The notes: generated from the sequence alone by a model not told the origin. A stretch of 64,000 nucleotides of DNA from an uncultured delta proteobacterium (GCA_963706575.1 CAVPNL010000003.1:491912-555911), one strand, 5' to 3'. Numbered from the stretch's first letter, positions 41,237 through 53,232 are shown. A program made the numbers and translations.

Positions 41237-42290
41237 TTTGCAGCGCCTGCGCCTGAAAATAAGTCGTCAGTTCATCGATGAATTCGCTGAGATTCCCAGC
41301 CAGGACATCATCCAGTTTATATAGGGTCAGACCGATGCGGTGATCGGTCACCCTGCCCTGGGGGAAGTTATAGGTTCGGATGCGCCCGCTGCGATCTCCG
41401 GTTCCCACCTGGCTTTTGCGTTCTTCAGACCGTTTTTCGTTCTGTTCCTGGGTGATTTGATCCAGCAACCGCGCCCGCAAAACTTTTAAGGCTTTGTTTT
41501 TATTTTTTAATTGCGATTTTTCATCCTGACAGGTGACAACCAGCCCCGTCGGCAGATGGGTAATGCGAACAGCCGAATCGGTCGTGTTCACACTCTGCCC
41601 CCCGGGCCCTGTGGAACGATAGACGTCAATTTTCAGTTCGGAAGGGTCAATTTTTACATCGACTTCTTCGGCCTCCGGCAAAACGGCAACCGTAACCGCA
41701 GAGGTGTGAATTCGCCCCTGGGCTTCGGTGGTCGGAACCCGCTGAACCCGATGAATACCGCTTTCGTATTTAAATCGGCTGTAAGCCCCTTTACCGTGAA
41801 CCAGGACGATAATTTCTTTAATCCCACCGACGCCGGTGAGGTGTTGCGCCATGACTTCCACCCGCCAATCGCGGTTTTCCGCATAGCGCGTGTACATTCT
41901 AAAAAGATCGCCGGCAAATAGGGCTGCTTCTTCCCCGCCTGTACCGGCCCGGATTTCAACAATCACATTCTTATCATCATTGGGATCCTTTGGCAAAAGC
42001 AGCTTTCTGAGATCATCTTCAAGCCGACCTTTATTCTGATTCAAGGCGGTGAGCTCTTCCCGGGCCAAATTTTTTATTTCAGGATCAGAATCCTGCAGCA
42101 GTTCCGTGCTATCTTCAATACCCTGAAGGACCCTTTGATATTCATTGAAGACCGATACAATTTTATTCAGCTCGGCGTGTTCACGGATAAGCTTCTGATA
42201 CGCTTGACGATCATTGACAATTTTCGGTTCGCTCAGATGCTTTTCAATCTCTAAGAATCGTTCTTCAACCCCTTTTAATTTTTCGAACAT
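41190..42290 (-). CDS. prfA: Peptide chain release factor 1
   Basis: GGQ motif, VQRVPTTE (PxT) motif, [14 protein letters not shown]. Confidence 0.97.
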   Translation of the reverse strand: MFEKLKGVEERFLEIEKHLSEPKIVNDRQAYQKLIREHAELNKIVSVFNEYQRVLQGIEDSTELLQDSDPEIKNLAREELTALNQNKGRLEDDLRKLLLPKDPNDDKNVIVEIRAGTGGEEAALFAGDLFRMYTRYAENRDWRVEVMAQHLTGVGGIKEIIVLVHGKGAYSRFKYESGIHRVQRVPTTEAQGRIHTSAVTVAVLPEAEEVDVKIDPSELKIDVYRSTGPGGQSVNTTDSAVRITHLPTGLVVTCQDEKSQLKNKNKALKVLRARLLDQITQEQNEKRSEERKSQVGTGDRSGRIRTYNFPQGRVTDHRIGLTLYKLDDVLAGNLSEFIDELTTYFQAQALQNAQTNQTRPTGMDPD

Positions 42291-42558
42291 TTTTGCGACA
42301 CCCTAAAAAATTTAAGTATTCCTAAATGTTATGCCAACCGGCGAAAGTAAAGGGGAAAGGTGAATGCAACTGGCTATATCCTAATAATTAACCAGGCTAC
42401 TTCCGAGATCAGCAGATTGTATTTGAGGGAGACGGCCTCTGGACGATTCTGGTAGAATACTTGTAAGGCCAGAAAGTGCCTTTATGCGGTTAAGCCCTCG
42501 GCCACTGGTTTTTCAGTATCGATAAGCTTAGCCGCATCATCGCAACAAGGCGGGGGTG

Positions 42559-42783
42559 CTAGTTCGGTTTTTCTTTTTTTTGCTGAAATTTTTCATATTT
42601 TTGGCGGAAACGTTCGATGCGACCGGCGGTATCTACCAGCTTCTGTTTGCCGGTAAAAAACGGATGGCATTTTGAGCAAATCTCAACCCGGATATCCTCT
42701 CTGGTGGATCCGACCTCCAGGACGTTACCACAGGCGCACCGAATGGTGGTTTCATGATACTCTGGATGAATGTCAGTTTTCAT
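42559..42783 (-). CDS. rpmE: 50S ribosomal protein L31
   Basis: [28 protein letters not shown]. Confidence 0.97.
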   Translation of the reverse strand: MKTDIHPEYHETTIRCACGNVLEVGSTREDIRVEICSKCHPFFTGKQKLVDTAGRIERFRQKYEKFQQKKEKPN

Positions 42784-42801
42784 TTTATCTCAACCCCCTA
42801 A

Positions 42802-42904
42802 TGTATCTGGTATTTGGTGTTTGGTATTTAGTGTTTGGTATAGCGGATATGACGTCACTTCGGTTTAAATGCTAAACACGAAACACCAAATACTAAACAC
42901 TAAA
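42802..42904. repeat. Degenerate 7-mer tandem repeat hairpin (GTRTTTG / YAAAYAC)
   Basis: GTATCTGGTATTTGGTGTTTGGTATTTAGTGTTTG inverted against CTAAACACGAAACACCAAATACTAAACAC; same unit family as 32714. Confidence 0.7.
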
Positions 42905-42979
42905 AATTTTTTTGTATATACGAATGAATTCCTTTTGGCAACCCTTTATTTTCAATTGGGAATGTTACTCCTGATTATA

Positions 42980-44227
42980 TTACGCATTCATTGAATTTAA
43001 AAATTCCTGGTTGTCTTTGGTTCCGCCCATTTTATCGAGCAAAAATTCCATACTGTCAACCGTATTCAACGATGTCAGCAGTTTGCGCAATATCCAAACC
43101 CGATTCAATGCCTCTCCATTCAGCAGTAGCTCTTCTTTACGCGTACCGGAACGCTTGATATCAAATGAAGGATAAACACGCTTATCCGCCAGGCGTCGAT
43201 CCAGCTGAATCTCAGCATTGCCGGTACCTTTAAATTCCTCGAAAATAACTTCGTCCATGCGGCTGCCCGTATCAACCAACGCAGTCGCAATGATGGTCAG
43301 ACTACCGCCCTCCTCAATATTCCGGGCGGCGCCAAAAAATCGTTTGGGGCGCTGCAACGCGTTGGAATCCACGCCACCGGAAAGTATCTTGCCACTGGGA
43401 GGTACCACCGAATTGTAAGCCCGGGCCAGCCGGGTAATACTGTCCAGCAGGATGACAACATCTTTTTTGTGTTCAACCAGACGCTTGGCCTTGTCGATCA
43501 CCATCTCGGCTACCTGGACATGCCGTTCTGCCGGCTCGTCAAAAGTTGAGCTGATGACTTCAGCAGCCACAGTCCGTTGCATATCGGTGACCTCCTCCGG
43601 CCTCTCATCAATCAGCAGGACAAAAGGCACCACATCCTTGTGGCTGATGATAATGGCGTTGGCAATACTTTGCAGCAGCATGGTTTTACCGGATCGCGGC
43701 GGCGAAACAATCAAGCCCCTTTGGCCAAAGCCCATAGGGATCATCATATCCATGATCCGGGTGGAATAGTTTTCAGCATCGGTTTCCAGACTGATTTTGC
43801 GATCCGGATAAAGCGGTGTAAGATTGTCAAACAGGATCTTGTCACGGGCGACTTCCGGATCTTCAAAATTAACGGCTTCCACCTTCAGCAGGGCGAAATA
43901 GCGCTCGGATTCTTTGGGCTGGCGGATCTGGCCCGAAATCGTATCGCCGGTTCTTAAATTAAAGCGCCGAATCTGGGAGGGTGACACATAAATGTCATCG
44001 GGTCCCGGCAAATAGTTGGAATCCGGTGATCTTAGAAAGCCAAATCCGTCGGGCAGAATCTCAAGGGTTCCTTCGCCAAAAATAAACCCGTTTTTTTCAA
44101 TCTGGTGTTGCAGCAGGGCAAACATCAGTTCCTGCTTACGCATTCCGGCTGCCCCGTCAATTTTGTACTGTTTGGCCATCTGGGTGAGTTCGTTGATTTT
44201 TTTTTCTTTAAGTTCTACGATATTCAT
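42980..44227 (-). CDS. rho: Transcription termination factor Rho
   Basis: [37 protein letters not shown]; start at ATG 44227. Confidence 0.98.
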   Translation of the reverse strand: MNIVELKEKKINELTQMAKQYKIDGAAGMRKQELMFALLQHQIEKNGFIFGEGTLEILPDGFGFLRSPDSNYLPGPDDIYVSPSQIRRFNLRTGDTISGQIRQPKESERYFALLKVEAVNFEDPEVARDKILFDNLTPLYPDRKISLETDAENYSTRIMDMMIPMGFGQRGLIVSPPRSGKTMLLQSIANAIIISHKDVVPFVLLIDERPEEVTDMQRTVAAEVISSTFDEPAERHVQVAEMVIDKAKRLVEHKKDVVILLDSITRLARAYNSVVPPSGKILSGGVDSNALQRPKRFFGAARNIEEGGSLTIIATALVDTGSRMDEVIFEEFKGTGNAEIQLDRRLADKRVYPSFDIKRSGTRKEELLLNGEALNRVWILRKLLTSLNTVDSMEFLLDKMGGTKDNQEFLNSMNA

Positions 44228-44798
44228 CAAGTTTTTCCTCTTTAAGTTAATATTCCGGTGGGTTAGATCTGCCGCTGGCGGCAGGATTATTTTTAAAGCA
44301 TTTATCCTCAAGCTGTTGCTGAACGGTTTCTGAGAAATATACTTTATGCTTTATTAATAAACGCTTTCCAGCACTTTAGCATTATACCTAAGCGCAGGCG
44401 GGTTATCCTTGCGACAAACCTGTTTGGCGGTATGGGTACTTGAAAACGTTGAGCATTTGAATAAATATAGGCGTCCCTACACAGCAGATTTATGGATTGG
44501 ATCCATGTCGGTTTTTAAGGAGGTTTATGCGTGTATGCTTGTACAGTGATTTTAAGCTAGAAGAATATTATTAAGTCCTCACAGTCTGGTGGGCTATGCC
44601 TTAGATCTGATAATATAAAAATTATATCATTATCGGAAGCCTGTCAAGCAGTTTGTCAAATTTTTAAACACTTTAGCGAAACACGCGCCAGATGGTTTTT
44701 AAATTCAACCATAGCTGTGTTATAATCCAAATTCATTCAAATTCTTCGTTTGCATCAATTGCGAAAAATCAATCTCGTACTTTGTAAATAAGAACTCC

Positions 44799-46215
44799 GT
44801 GCAAAATTCAGCTAAAAAAATGATTCGACTTGATACAAAAATTTTCCCTGAAGTCCCGGGCGCTTTCATTGTTGGCGGTTCAATCAGAGATTTGCTTTGC
44901 GGTCGTGCACCGGTTGACTATGACGTTGCCGTGCTGGGAGATCCGGTTAAATTTGCGCGCCAGATTGAAAGCAGGACAAACGGTCGCAGGGTTGAACTCG
45001 GCAAACCCGGCCAAATGATTATTCGGGTGATCAGTGAAAATCACATTATCGACGTTTCCAGTATTAAAAATGCATCTATTGAAAAAGATCTTCAGGCAAG
45101 GGATTTTACGATCAATGCCATGGCATATGATTTGTCATCAAATCGATTAATCGACCCTGTTGGCGCACAACGCGATCTGAAGAACAAAACCGTTCGTATG
45201 GTTTCAAAAGAAATTTTTAAGCGGGATCCGGCACGACTGCTGAGGGCATATCGAATTGCAGCCGAATTTCAATTTGAGATTGAACCGCAGACCAAGGCTG
45301 CGATTCAAAAACATGCTGCGCTTATTCAGCAATCAGCGGGAGAACGGGTTCGCGCAGAACTTTTTAAGATGCTGCAATGCACCGGTTTTCACCCTTATCT
45401 ATGCCAGATGGCGGATAGCAGGTTGCTGTTTGCAGTTTTGCCTGAACTTGCAGCCCTAAAACAATGCCGCCAAAATCGGCACCATGAATTCAACGTATTT
45501 GATCATACCCTGCAGGCATTTTTTCATCTGGAAGGTTTGCTGGGGCCAAATCAAAAATTGTTGATCGCCAACAAGGAGGCGGCTGCACGCCGGATCGACG
45601 CAACACAGACTCCGCTGCTCAAGCTTGCGATGCTGCTGCACGATGTCGCCAAACCGGCTGTTATGACCGGGAGTCGTGACGAGAAACTCCATTTTTACGG
45701 CCATGAACGCCAGAGTGCCCAGGTGGCTGAGACCATCTGCCAGCGGCTGAAGTGCTCCAGGCGGGATACCGCTAAAATTCATTTTCTGGTGCGGCATCAC
45801 GTTCGCCCCCGGTTCCTTTTTACGGCACTTCATGAACAAAAAGCCTGCCCCCGGGCGGTGACCCGATTTTTTATGAAATGCGCCGAGCATATGCCAGATC
45901 TGCTCATCATTGCAGCTGCTGATATGCTGGGCAAAGAAGCGGAATTCAGCGAACGCAGCACCGCATTTTTAGCTTTTTTGAATCAGTTGATGGTTGATTT
46001 TGAAACAAATTACAAACCCAGAACATCCGGCTCACGGCTGATAAGCGGCCACGATTTGGCTGCTGAATTCGGGCTTGCGCCATCTCCACTAGTATAAGAA
46101 AATTTTAGCCCGGGTGGAAGAAGAACGATTGTCAAGAAGCGATATGACGCGGCAGGAAGCCTTGGCGCTGGTTACAAGGCTAATACGCGCTAAGGGGTCA
46201 ATCGAGGATAAGTGA
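44799..46215 (+). CDS. tRNA nucleotidyltransferase / poly(A) polymerase family protein with HD domain; apparent +1 frameshift near 46091
   Basis: VGGSIRD..DYD, RDFTINAM, DPARLLRAYR, HDVAKP; the tail YKKILARVEEERL...EDK* continues in another frame to 46215. Confidence 0.88.
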
Positions 46216-46238
46216 AAGGTGGCGTAGGTCGGTCGCCT

Positions 46239-46316
46239 GGTTCAAAGGTTCAAGGTTCTGAGGTTCAGAGGTTTGTACCTGAACCTCTGAACCTCAGAAC
46301 CTTGAACCCTGAACCG
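46239..46316. repeat. Degenerate 7-8-mer hairpin (GGTTCA(A) / TGAACC)
   Basis: GGTTCAAAGGTTCAAGGTTCTGAGGTTCAGAGG inverted against CCTGAACCTCTGAACCTCAGAACCTTGAACCCTGAACC between convergent genes. Confidence 0.75.
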
Positions 46317-46319
46317 ATA

Positions 46320-46985
<666 letters not shown>

Positions 46986-47393
46986 TTATCCTCCTTCCAT
47001 TCATTTAACAAATTTCGTGCTTTCGTGATTCGCCTTACCATTTTTTCATCCAGATTTTGTGAATTAAATAATACTTTTTTTGCCGGCAGAGTATGGCGGA
47101 AGGAAAGCCGAGTGTCAAGATAATATTGGGCGTATTCCACCGACCCTAGCATTCCAGGATTCCATTATTCCAACAGCCCGTGGCAAGCGTTTACGGTAAT
47201 CCGCCTCCGACAAACTGACCTGTCTATCGGAGCACCTTTTCAATGTTAGAATAAATTTCTTGAAAATATCGGAAATTTTTCTTGCCAAATGGAATCATAG
47301 ACTATATAAATAAGCGTTTAACGTAAAATATTGGAAAATAGACAATTTCAATACGTTACAAATAAAATTGGAACTTAAAAGGGGGCGAGGAAT

Positions 47394-47607
47394 TTGAAGG
47401 ATATTGAGGTCAGGGTCATTGACAACGATATTGAAAAGGCCATCCGGATCTTGAAAAAGAAGATTCAAAACGATGGGCTGTTCAAACGGCTTAAGCTAAA
47501 AAAGAGTTACGAAAAGCCGAGTGAATACAGACGTCGCAAGATGCGTGAGGCCTTAAGAAGGGAACGGCTAGCTCGCTGCCCGCGCTGCCAGATATCGCAG
47601 AAGATAG
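47394..47607 (+). CDS. rpsU: 30S ribosomal protein S21; +1 frameshift near 47574 makes an apparent fusion to folC
   Basis: IEKAIRILKKK..YEKPS motifs; removing one base gives ...AARAARYRRR* ending at TAG 47607. Confidence 0.9.
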
Positions 47608-47627
47608 GGCCTAACTGCAATAAAAGG

Positions 47628-47663
47628 AAACCCGGCAAGAAAAGCCTTTTTGCCGGGTTTTTT
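47628..47663 (+). terminator. Intrinsic terminator after rpsU
   Basis: AAACCCGGCAA-loop-TTGCCGGG followed by a T tract. Confidence 0.75.
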
Positions 47664-47669
47664 ATGTTT

Positions 47670-48974
47670 ATGCCGCCAAAAGAAACTTATAATAGCTGTT
47701 TGAAGACCATGTATGCGCTGAGAAGATTTGGGATCATACTTGGTCTGGGTACCATCAAAAACATTTTAAGCGCACTTGGCGATCCTCAGAACGATTTTAA
47801 CTGCATCCACATAGCGGGAACAAACGGAAAGGGCTCGGTTGCATCCGCCCTCTCCACCATTTTACACGAATCCGGTTATCGCGTCGGTCTTTATACCTCA
47901 CCCCATCTGGTTCGTTTCAATGAGAGAATCTGTATCAACAACCGTCAGATCGCAAATAAAGATGTCGTAAAATCCTATCAGGCGGTCAAGCGTGTCCACC
48001 ACGGGGACCGCAGCCCGACGTTTTTTGAATTTTCCACCGCCATGGCACTTTATACGTTCAGCAGACAAAAGGTGGACTGGGCGGTGATCGAGACCGGTAT
48101 GGGGGGACGCTACGATGCCACCAACATCATAAAGCCGGCCATTTCGATCATTACCAACGTATCCATGGAACATCGGGATTATCTGGGCAGCACCATAGCT
48201 GAGATTGCACGCGAAAAAGCCGGTATCATCAAGCAAATGACACCGGTGGTCACCGCCGTAAAACAAAAGCAGGCCCGATCTGTCGTTCGGGAAGTCGCCC
48301 AAAAAAAATCTGCACCGCTATTCATGCTGGGGAAAGATTTCGCGGTCAGACAACATCCGTCCGGACATTTTTCTTACTATGGCTTTGAAAATACCTGGCG
48401 CCATTTAAAGACGCCTTTGTTGGGACACTATCAGGTTCAAAATGCGGCGCTCGCCCTGGCAGCCAGCGAACTGTTAACCAAAAACAACGTCTCAATTTCC
48501 CGTGAAAGTATTAAACAGGGCCTGGCAAACACCCGGTGGCCCGGAAGACTGGAAATTGTCTGCGACAATCCTTTGGTCATCCTGGACGGCGCTCACAATT
48601 TAATTGCCGCACGCAATCTGGCCAGATTCCTGGCCGATAACCTGGCTAAAAGGCGCATCACCCTGGTCATCGGAATATTGGATGACAAACCCTATGAGTC
48701 CATGCTTAAAAGTTTACTGCCCCAATGTTGCCGGGCCATTATCACCCGGGCCAAAACCGGTCGGGCATTAGAACCTCAGCGCCTTTATAAAACGGCCCAA
48801 AAACTCGTTTCAGATGTATCGATTGTACCTGATGTAGCCGATGCATTTCGACAGGCGGTTGAAACCGCAGCATCAGATGAAGTGATCTGTGTTGCCGGTT
48901 CCCTGTATGTCGTCGGCGAAGCCAAAGAAGCCGTCGAGAAAGGCCTTATCAAATCTATAAAAACACATAAATAG
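47670..48974 (+). CDS. folC: Bifunctional folylpolyglutamate / dihydrofolate synthase
   Basis: HIAGTNGKGS, YTSPHL, ETGMGGRYDATN, LDGAHN, AGSLYVVG. Confidence 0.95.
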   Translation: MPPKETYNSCLKTMYALRRFGIILGLGTIKNILSALGDPQNDFNCIHIAGTNGKGSVASALSTILHESGYRVGLYTSPHLVRFNERICINNRQIANKDVVKSYQAVKRVHHGDRSPTFFEFSTAMALYTFSRQKVDWAVIETGMGGRYDATNIIKPAISIITNVSMEHRDYLGSTIAEIAREKAGIIKQMTPVVTAVKQKQARSVVREVAQKKSAPLFMLGKDFAVRQHPSGHFSYYGFENTWRHLKTPLLGHYQVQNAALALAASELLTKNNVSISRESIKQGLANTRWPGRLEIVCDNPLVILDGAHNLIAARNLARFLADNLAKRRITLVIGILDDKPYESMLKSLLPQCCRAIITRAKTGRALEPQRLYKTAQKLVSDVSIVPDVADAFRQAVETAASDEVICVAGSLYVVGEAKEAVEKGLIKSIKTHK

Positions 48975-49032
48975 ATTTGATCTAATTGATCTTGACTTAT
49001 ATAACCGCATAAATTAATTAATTTGTTAAAGC

Positions 49033-49178
49033 TCGAGGGCTTTGGGAAGCGTTCAATTTTGTTCAAGTTCAAGGAAGGCGAAGATTTTAACCGGAGGCAT
49101 ACTTAAAGTATGTTGAGGATTAAAATCTGCGTCTGACGCAGAAATTGGGCAAAAGGGGACGGTTCCCAGAGCCCTCGA
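49033..49178 (+). mobile_element. 146-bp hairpin element of the same structural family with a different terminal stem
   Basis: TCGAGGGCTTTGGGAA / TTCCCAGAGCCCTCGA ends; internal GTTCAAG..AAGGCG..GCATAC-loop-GTATG..ACGCAG..ATTGGGC core. Confidence 0.75.
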
Positions 49179-49181
49179 TAG

Positions 49182-49257
49182 GCGCCCGTAGCTCAGGGGA
49201 TAGAGCGTCAGCCTCCGGAGCTGAAAGCCGCTGGTTCGAATCCAGCCGGGCGTACCA
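49182..49257 (+). tRNA. tRNA-Arg (anticodon CCG)
   Basis: Cloverleaf: GCGCCCG acceptor stem, anticodon arm TCAGC-CTCCGGA-GCTGA, GGTTCGAATCC T-arm, encoded CCA. Confidence 0.96.
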
Positions 49258-49591
49258 ATAAAATAAAGGGTTTAGAAGATTTTCTAAACCCTTTTTCTTT
49301 TTTAAAAACTATATTTCCAACCCTATTTCCAACCTAAAGAAGAAATAGCGGGGTAATTCAGGGTAAGTCAATAGGAAAGGTAAATCTTCGGTTCGGCAAA
49401 AGAGGAAGGTTTAAACGACAATCAGCTTTTTTAATTGAAATATTAAGCTTTCAAATCTGCAATTATCCCGAAAGCTATATTTCGATCTGAAATCCTAAAA
49501 TTTTCTTACACTTTAGAAGATGCATTTATAGCCGAAATGTAAAGTAAAAGTAATTTGGGGACTGCGTTATGAAATCCAAATATTTGAGAAA

Positions 49592-49690
49592 TTAGCATGC
49601 ATCCAAGTCATCTGCTAATTTTAAAGCACCCTCGAAGTCAAAATCTTCGGCCAATTGAGCGATTCGATATCTAACCTCTGAACCAGGAGA
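49592..49690 (-). pseudogene. C-terminal remnant of a gene, possibly a hybrid sensor kinase
   Basis: Translates SEVRYRIAQLAEDFDFEGALKLADDLDAC* with no upstream body; family resemblance judged by eye. Confidence 0.35.
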
Positions 49691-49908
49691 CTGACACGTT
49701 GCACCATTTTTTAATCCAACAAACCCAAGTAACCGAGTTACTCAACAAACCTGCGTCTCTACTGCCCACTCAGTCCCCAGCACTCAGTCCTAAGTTCTTT
49801 TTGGATTTTCCAAATTCGACTCGGCTGAGCTCGTCGCGGGCCATATTCCATTGTCGCGGAAAAAATTGATTATTATGACTTGACAAGGGCTTCGATTTGA
49901 CGGAAAAG

Positions 49909-49926
49909 TAACCAAGCGCTTGGTTA
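49909..49926. promoter_or_regulatory. Perfect 18-bp palindrome, candidate TetR (KstR2-type) operator
   Basis: TAACCAAGCGCTTGGTTA, 24 nt downstream of TTGACA (49880); contains AnCAAGnnCTTGnT. Confidence 0.7.
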
Positions 49927-50144
49927 ATAATTCGAATTCGCTGCGCAACAAACCGAATTTAGATCAAGCACTTTCCCTCCCGAATGATCATTTACCCAAT
50001 TAGGATAAGCCAATAATTATGCAAAAATACATTGTCTTTAAGATCCTTATCTCTGTGAATCGGTTTCGGCCGTGGTTTTCATTTTATAGAGAAAAAGCGT
50101 TTTCTTCATTCAGTTTCCCAAACCGTCTATTTTCATAAAAAAGG

Positions 50145-51302
50145 ATGGACGCAATGCAACAGACAGCATCTAAGAACAAGTACATCGTTGGTAATGTGGA
50201 AAGATTCGATCAGAAAAATGTGATGTATAACCGCGTAAGATGGGATCCGAAAGTCGAAGAGTTAGGGCGCAAATTGTATGGAATTCTCGCGCCCGGTGAA
50301 CAACCGGGTTATACTCTCGTTGATCGGGCGTTACAAAATTCATACTGGTATGTCGAGATGGCCTATGCTCATGGCCATATTGTGCATGGCCTGGATCTAT
50401 TTTCATGGGAGAAAAAACCCTATTCCGATTGTCTCCGTCTTCCCAAAGGCGAAAAACTTGAATCACCTGACCCGGCAGATATGGCCTTAAAGGTAAAGAA
50501 GGCCGCCAAAGGTCTGGGGGCTGATATGGTCGGGATATGTGAAATGGATCAGCGCTGGATTTATTCGCATTGGTATAACCTGCATAGCCGCGAAAGCGGG
50601 CCTCTCGAAATACCTGAAAACTGCAAATGGGTCATCGCCATCGCTGTGGAGATGGATTATGAAATGTTTCGCACGTCCCCGACGGAGATAGAATCAGCGG
50701 CAACAGGTTTGGGTTATTCACGAATGGCTTTTGTTGCGGGTTCTCTGGCCCATTTCATTCGCAATCTAGGTTATACAGCCATCGCCTGCGGAAATGATAC
50801 CGGCTTGAGTATACCCATCGGAATTGATGCCGGATTGGGTGAATTAGGAAGACACGGCCTTCTGATTACCCCGAAGTTCGGGCCACGGGTGCGATTATGC
50901 AAAGTCATTACCGATTTGCCCCTGGCAACTGATGCACCCATAGAGTTTGGCGTCGCAAAATTCTGCGATCTATGCAAGAAATGCGCAGAAAACTGCCCTT
51001 CCCAGGCCATTCACCACGAAGAGCGCACGACTGAGGCCCTGAATATCTCAAACAATCCGGGGGTATTAAAGTGGCCGACGGATGGAGAAAAGTGCTTTAA
51101 ATTTTGGGCCAAAAAAAATAATACATGCTGCGGCAACTGCATCCGGGTGTGCCCTTTTAATAAACCCGATACCCGGTTTCATCGCATGGTCAAATGGCAT
51201 GTAAAGAATCTGCCTCAATTTGACAACATCTACAAATGGATGGACGATGTTTGCGGTTATGACAAACAGATTGATGCAGATGACTGGTGGAAACAGCCCT
51301 AA
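50145..51302 (+). CDS. rdhA: Reductive dehalogenase homologue 1 (cobalamin, 2x[4Fe-4S]); no TAT signal
   Basis: RFDQKN, GADMVGICEMDQRWIYS, GLGYS, DAGLGELGRHGLLITPKFGPRVRLCK, CDLCKKCAENCP and CFKFW..CGNCIRVCP. Confidence 0.85.
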   Translation: MDAMQQTASKNKYIVGNVERFDQKNVMYNRVRWDPKVEELGRKLYGILAPGEQPGYTLVDRALQNSYWYVEMAYAHGHIVHGLDLFSWEKKPYSDCLRLPKGEKLESPDPADMALKVKKAAKGLGADMVGICEMDQRWIYSHWYNLHSRESGPLEIPENCKWVIAIAVEMDYEMFRTSPTEIESAATGLGYSRMAFVAGSLAHFIRNLGYTAIACGNDTGLSIPIGIDAGLGELGRHGLLITPKFGPRVRLCKVITDLPLATDAPIEFGVAKFCDLCKKCAENCPSQAIHHEERTTEALNISNNPGVLKWPTDGEKCFKFWAKKNNTCCGNCIRVCPFNKPDTRFHRMVKWHVKNLPQFDNIYKWMDDVCGYDKQIDADDWWKQP

Positions 51303-51401
51303 TTGAGCAATTAACGCTCAATTTATTTTCAACTCAATTCAGGTATCAATATCAATCGCAATTCGTGATGAATTCGCCATAGTGTTGCAAGGAGACAAAA
51401 A

Positions 51402-52607
51402 ATGAAATCAAAGCACCAGGGCTCAGATCTCAAGCCTGCGCCTCCTGAACTGATTAATTCTATACCGAAGCAAGCCCATAAAGGTGCCAGCCGGTATGTT
51501 GTCGGAGAGATCACAAGATTTGATCAGAAAAATGACATGTTTAAGCGGCCCCGATGGGATCCGGAAGTTGCGTTCGGACAAAAGTACTATGGTATGATTA
51601 TGCCCAAAGATGACAAGGCCGGCTATACCCTGCTTGAAATGGCCTTCAAAAATGCATCCTGGTGGGTGGAACTGGCTTTTGCCCAGAGTGTACTGGGCGG
51701 CAAGATGGGGCTGCTGGAATGGGATGCCAAGCTGTGGGGCGACAGCCGACCGCCTGAAGGCCTAAAATGGAATGTCGATGATCCGGTTAAAATGACAAAG
51801 ATCGTTAAGAAAGTAGCTGGTTTTTTTGGAGCGGGTTCGGTGGGCGTTTGTGAACTCGATCGGCGCTGGATCTATTCCCACTCTTATCATTTAAGAACCA
51901 TGGAGCATCAGCCGGTGGAGATTCCTGAAGAATGCAAGTATGCGATTGTGACCACCGTGGAGATGGATTACGAAGCATACAAGGGTTCGCCGAATTATAT
52001 CCAGGGGGCGGCCACAGGATTGGGTTATTCCGAAGAAGCCATCACCGCCGGGCTGGTCGCCCAGTTCATTCGCGGCCTCGGCTATAAAGCGATACCAAAT
52101 GCAAATGACACCTCCTGCAGCGTGCCCATCGCCATCGATGCCGGCTTGGGAGAGTTGTCCCGTGCCGGTTTTCTGATTACGCCTAAATTCGGCCCACGAG
52201 TCAGGATCAGTAAAATTTTTACAGACCTTCCTCTGGTCCCGGACAAACCCGTAGATTTTGGGGTGTGGGACTTCTGCAGAATCTGCGGCAAGTGTGCCGA
52301 TCATTGTCCGGCGAATGCAATCATGCCCGGGGAACCGACAACACAAACAAATAACATCTCCAATCGCGAGGGACTGCTGCGCTGGCCGGCCAATGGTGAA
52401 AAGTGTCTGGGATTCTGGGCAGCACAGGGAGGCGCCTGCGGCAACTGTATTCGCGTGTGCCCTTTCAATAAACCGGACAACTGGTTTCATCGCAGTATCA
52501 AATGGGGAGTCGATCGTGTTCGTTCGATGGACAAATTGTTTCTCTGGGGAGATGATATCGTTGGCTACGGCAAACAGATGAAAGCTGAAAAATTCTGGGA
52601 TGTCTAA
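51402..52607 (+). CDS. rdhA: Reductive dehalogenase homologue 2; no TAT signal
   Basis: RFDQKN, GAGSVGVCELDRRWIYS, GLGYS, DAGLGELSRAGFLITPKFGPRVRISK, CRICGKCADHCP and CLGFW..CGNCIRVCP. Confidence 0.85.
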   Translation: MKSKHQGSDLKPAPPELINSIPKQAHKGASRYVVGEITRFDQKNDMFKRPRWDPEVAFGQKYYGMIMPKDDKAGYTLLEMAFKNASWWVELAFAQSVLGGKMGLLEWDAKLWGDSRPPEGLKWNVDDPVKMTKIVKKVAGFFGAGSVGVCELDRRWIYSHSYHLRTMEHQPVEIPEECKYAIVTTVEMDYEAYKGSPNYIQGAATGLGYSEEAITAGLVAQFIRGLGYKAIPNANDTSCSVPIAIDAGLGELSRAGFLITPKFGPRVRISKIFTDLPLVPDKPVDFGVWDFCRICGKCADHCPANAIMPGEPTTQTNNISNREGLLRWPANGEKCLGFWAAQGGACGNCIRVCPFNKPDNWFHRSIKWGVDRVRSMDKLFLWGDDIVGYGKQMKAEKFWDV

Positions 52608-53175
52608 AGAAGACAAGAAAAAAAAGATTTTAGATACTGCCGCAAAACTTTTCGCCGAGAAGGGCTTCGAGAATACAACCACGCGAGACATCTGCAAGGC
52701 CACCGGCATGAGTCATGCAATGATATATTATTATTTTGAGGATAAAGAATCCGTTCTCAATGAAATCCTGGAGGATATCTTAAGCGACGGTTTGAAGCAA
52801 ATTAAGAAAATTGCGCAAAGCCCAAAAAGATCGAAAGAAAAATTAACCGCCATCACCCATATGTATGCCCGTTACCATGTGGTCAAAATCGATAAAATGA
52901 AGGTTTTCGTACACGACCAGAAACCGCTTAAGCCGGAACACAAAATAAGGGTGGCCGCGTACCAGAAGGAGTATCTGAATATCCTGGAAGATCTATTGAA
53001 AAAACTCAGAGAAGAAGACGCAATTGTTGACGTGGATACAAAGGCGGCGGCCTTTACCTTCTTCGGAATGGTTCACTGGGCATACCGCTGGTATGATCCA
53101 AAGGGCAGGATCAAGCCGGATCAGTTATCCGAAATTATCAATAGAATCTTCACCAAAGGTGTCTATAAGCATTAA
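52600..53175 (+). CDS. TetR-family regulator (KstR2/PaaR-like C-terminus)
   Basis: HTH ILDTAAKLFAEKGF..TTRDIC..IYYYF; GMVHWAYRWYDPKG C-terminal motif; overlaps the rdhA2 stop. Confidence 0.9.
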   Translation: MSKEDKKKKILDTAAKLFAEKGFENTTTRDICKATGMSHAMIYYYFEDKESVLNEILEDILSDGLKQIKKIAQSPKRSKEKLTAITHMYARYHVVKIDKMKVFVHDQKPLKPEHKIRVAAYQKEYLNILEDLLKKLREEDAIVDVDTKAAAFTFFGMVHWAYRWYDPKGRIKPDQLSEIINRIFTKGVYKH

Positions 53176-53232
53176 ACAGCATGTATTCAATGGGGTCGTT
53201 AAACGTTAACCTTTTTAATAAGGAGGTGATTC

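Noticed and set aside
47394..48974. Novel RpsU-FolC fusion protein
   Set aside because: One extra base near 47574 explains it; the natural S21 tail and stop, an intrinsic terminator and a separate folC ATG all lie within the supposed linker.
50145..52607. Epoxyqueuosine reductase (QueG) or respiratory rdhAB call
   Set aside because: RWIYS, GLGEL.R.G and C..FW motifs and the catabolic context fit RdhA better than QueG; no TAT signal or rdhB supports respiration. A phylogeny is still needed.
51891..52709. Long antisense ORFs (also 56984-57856, 59201-59956, 16996-17619)
   Set aside because: They are shadows of well-supported genes on the opposite strand and have no motifs of their own.
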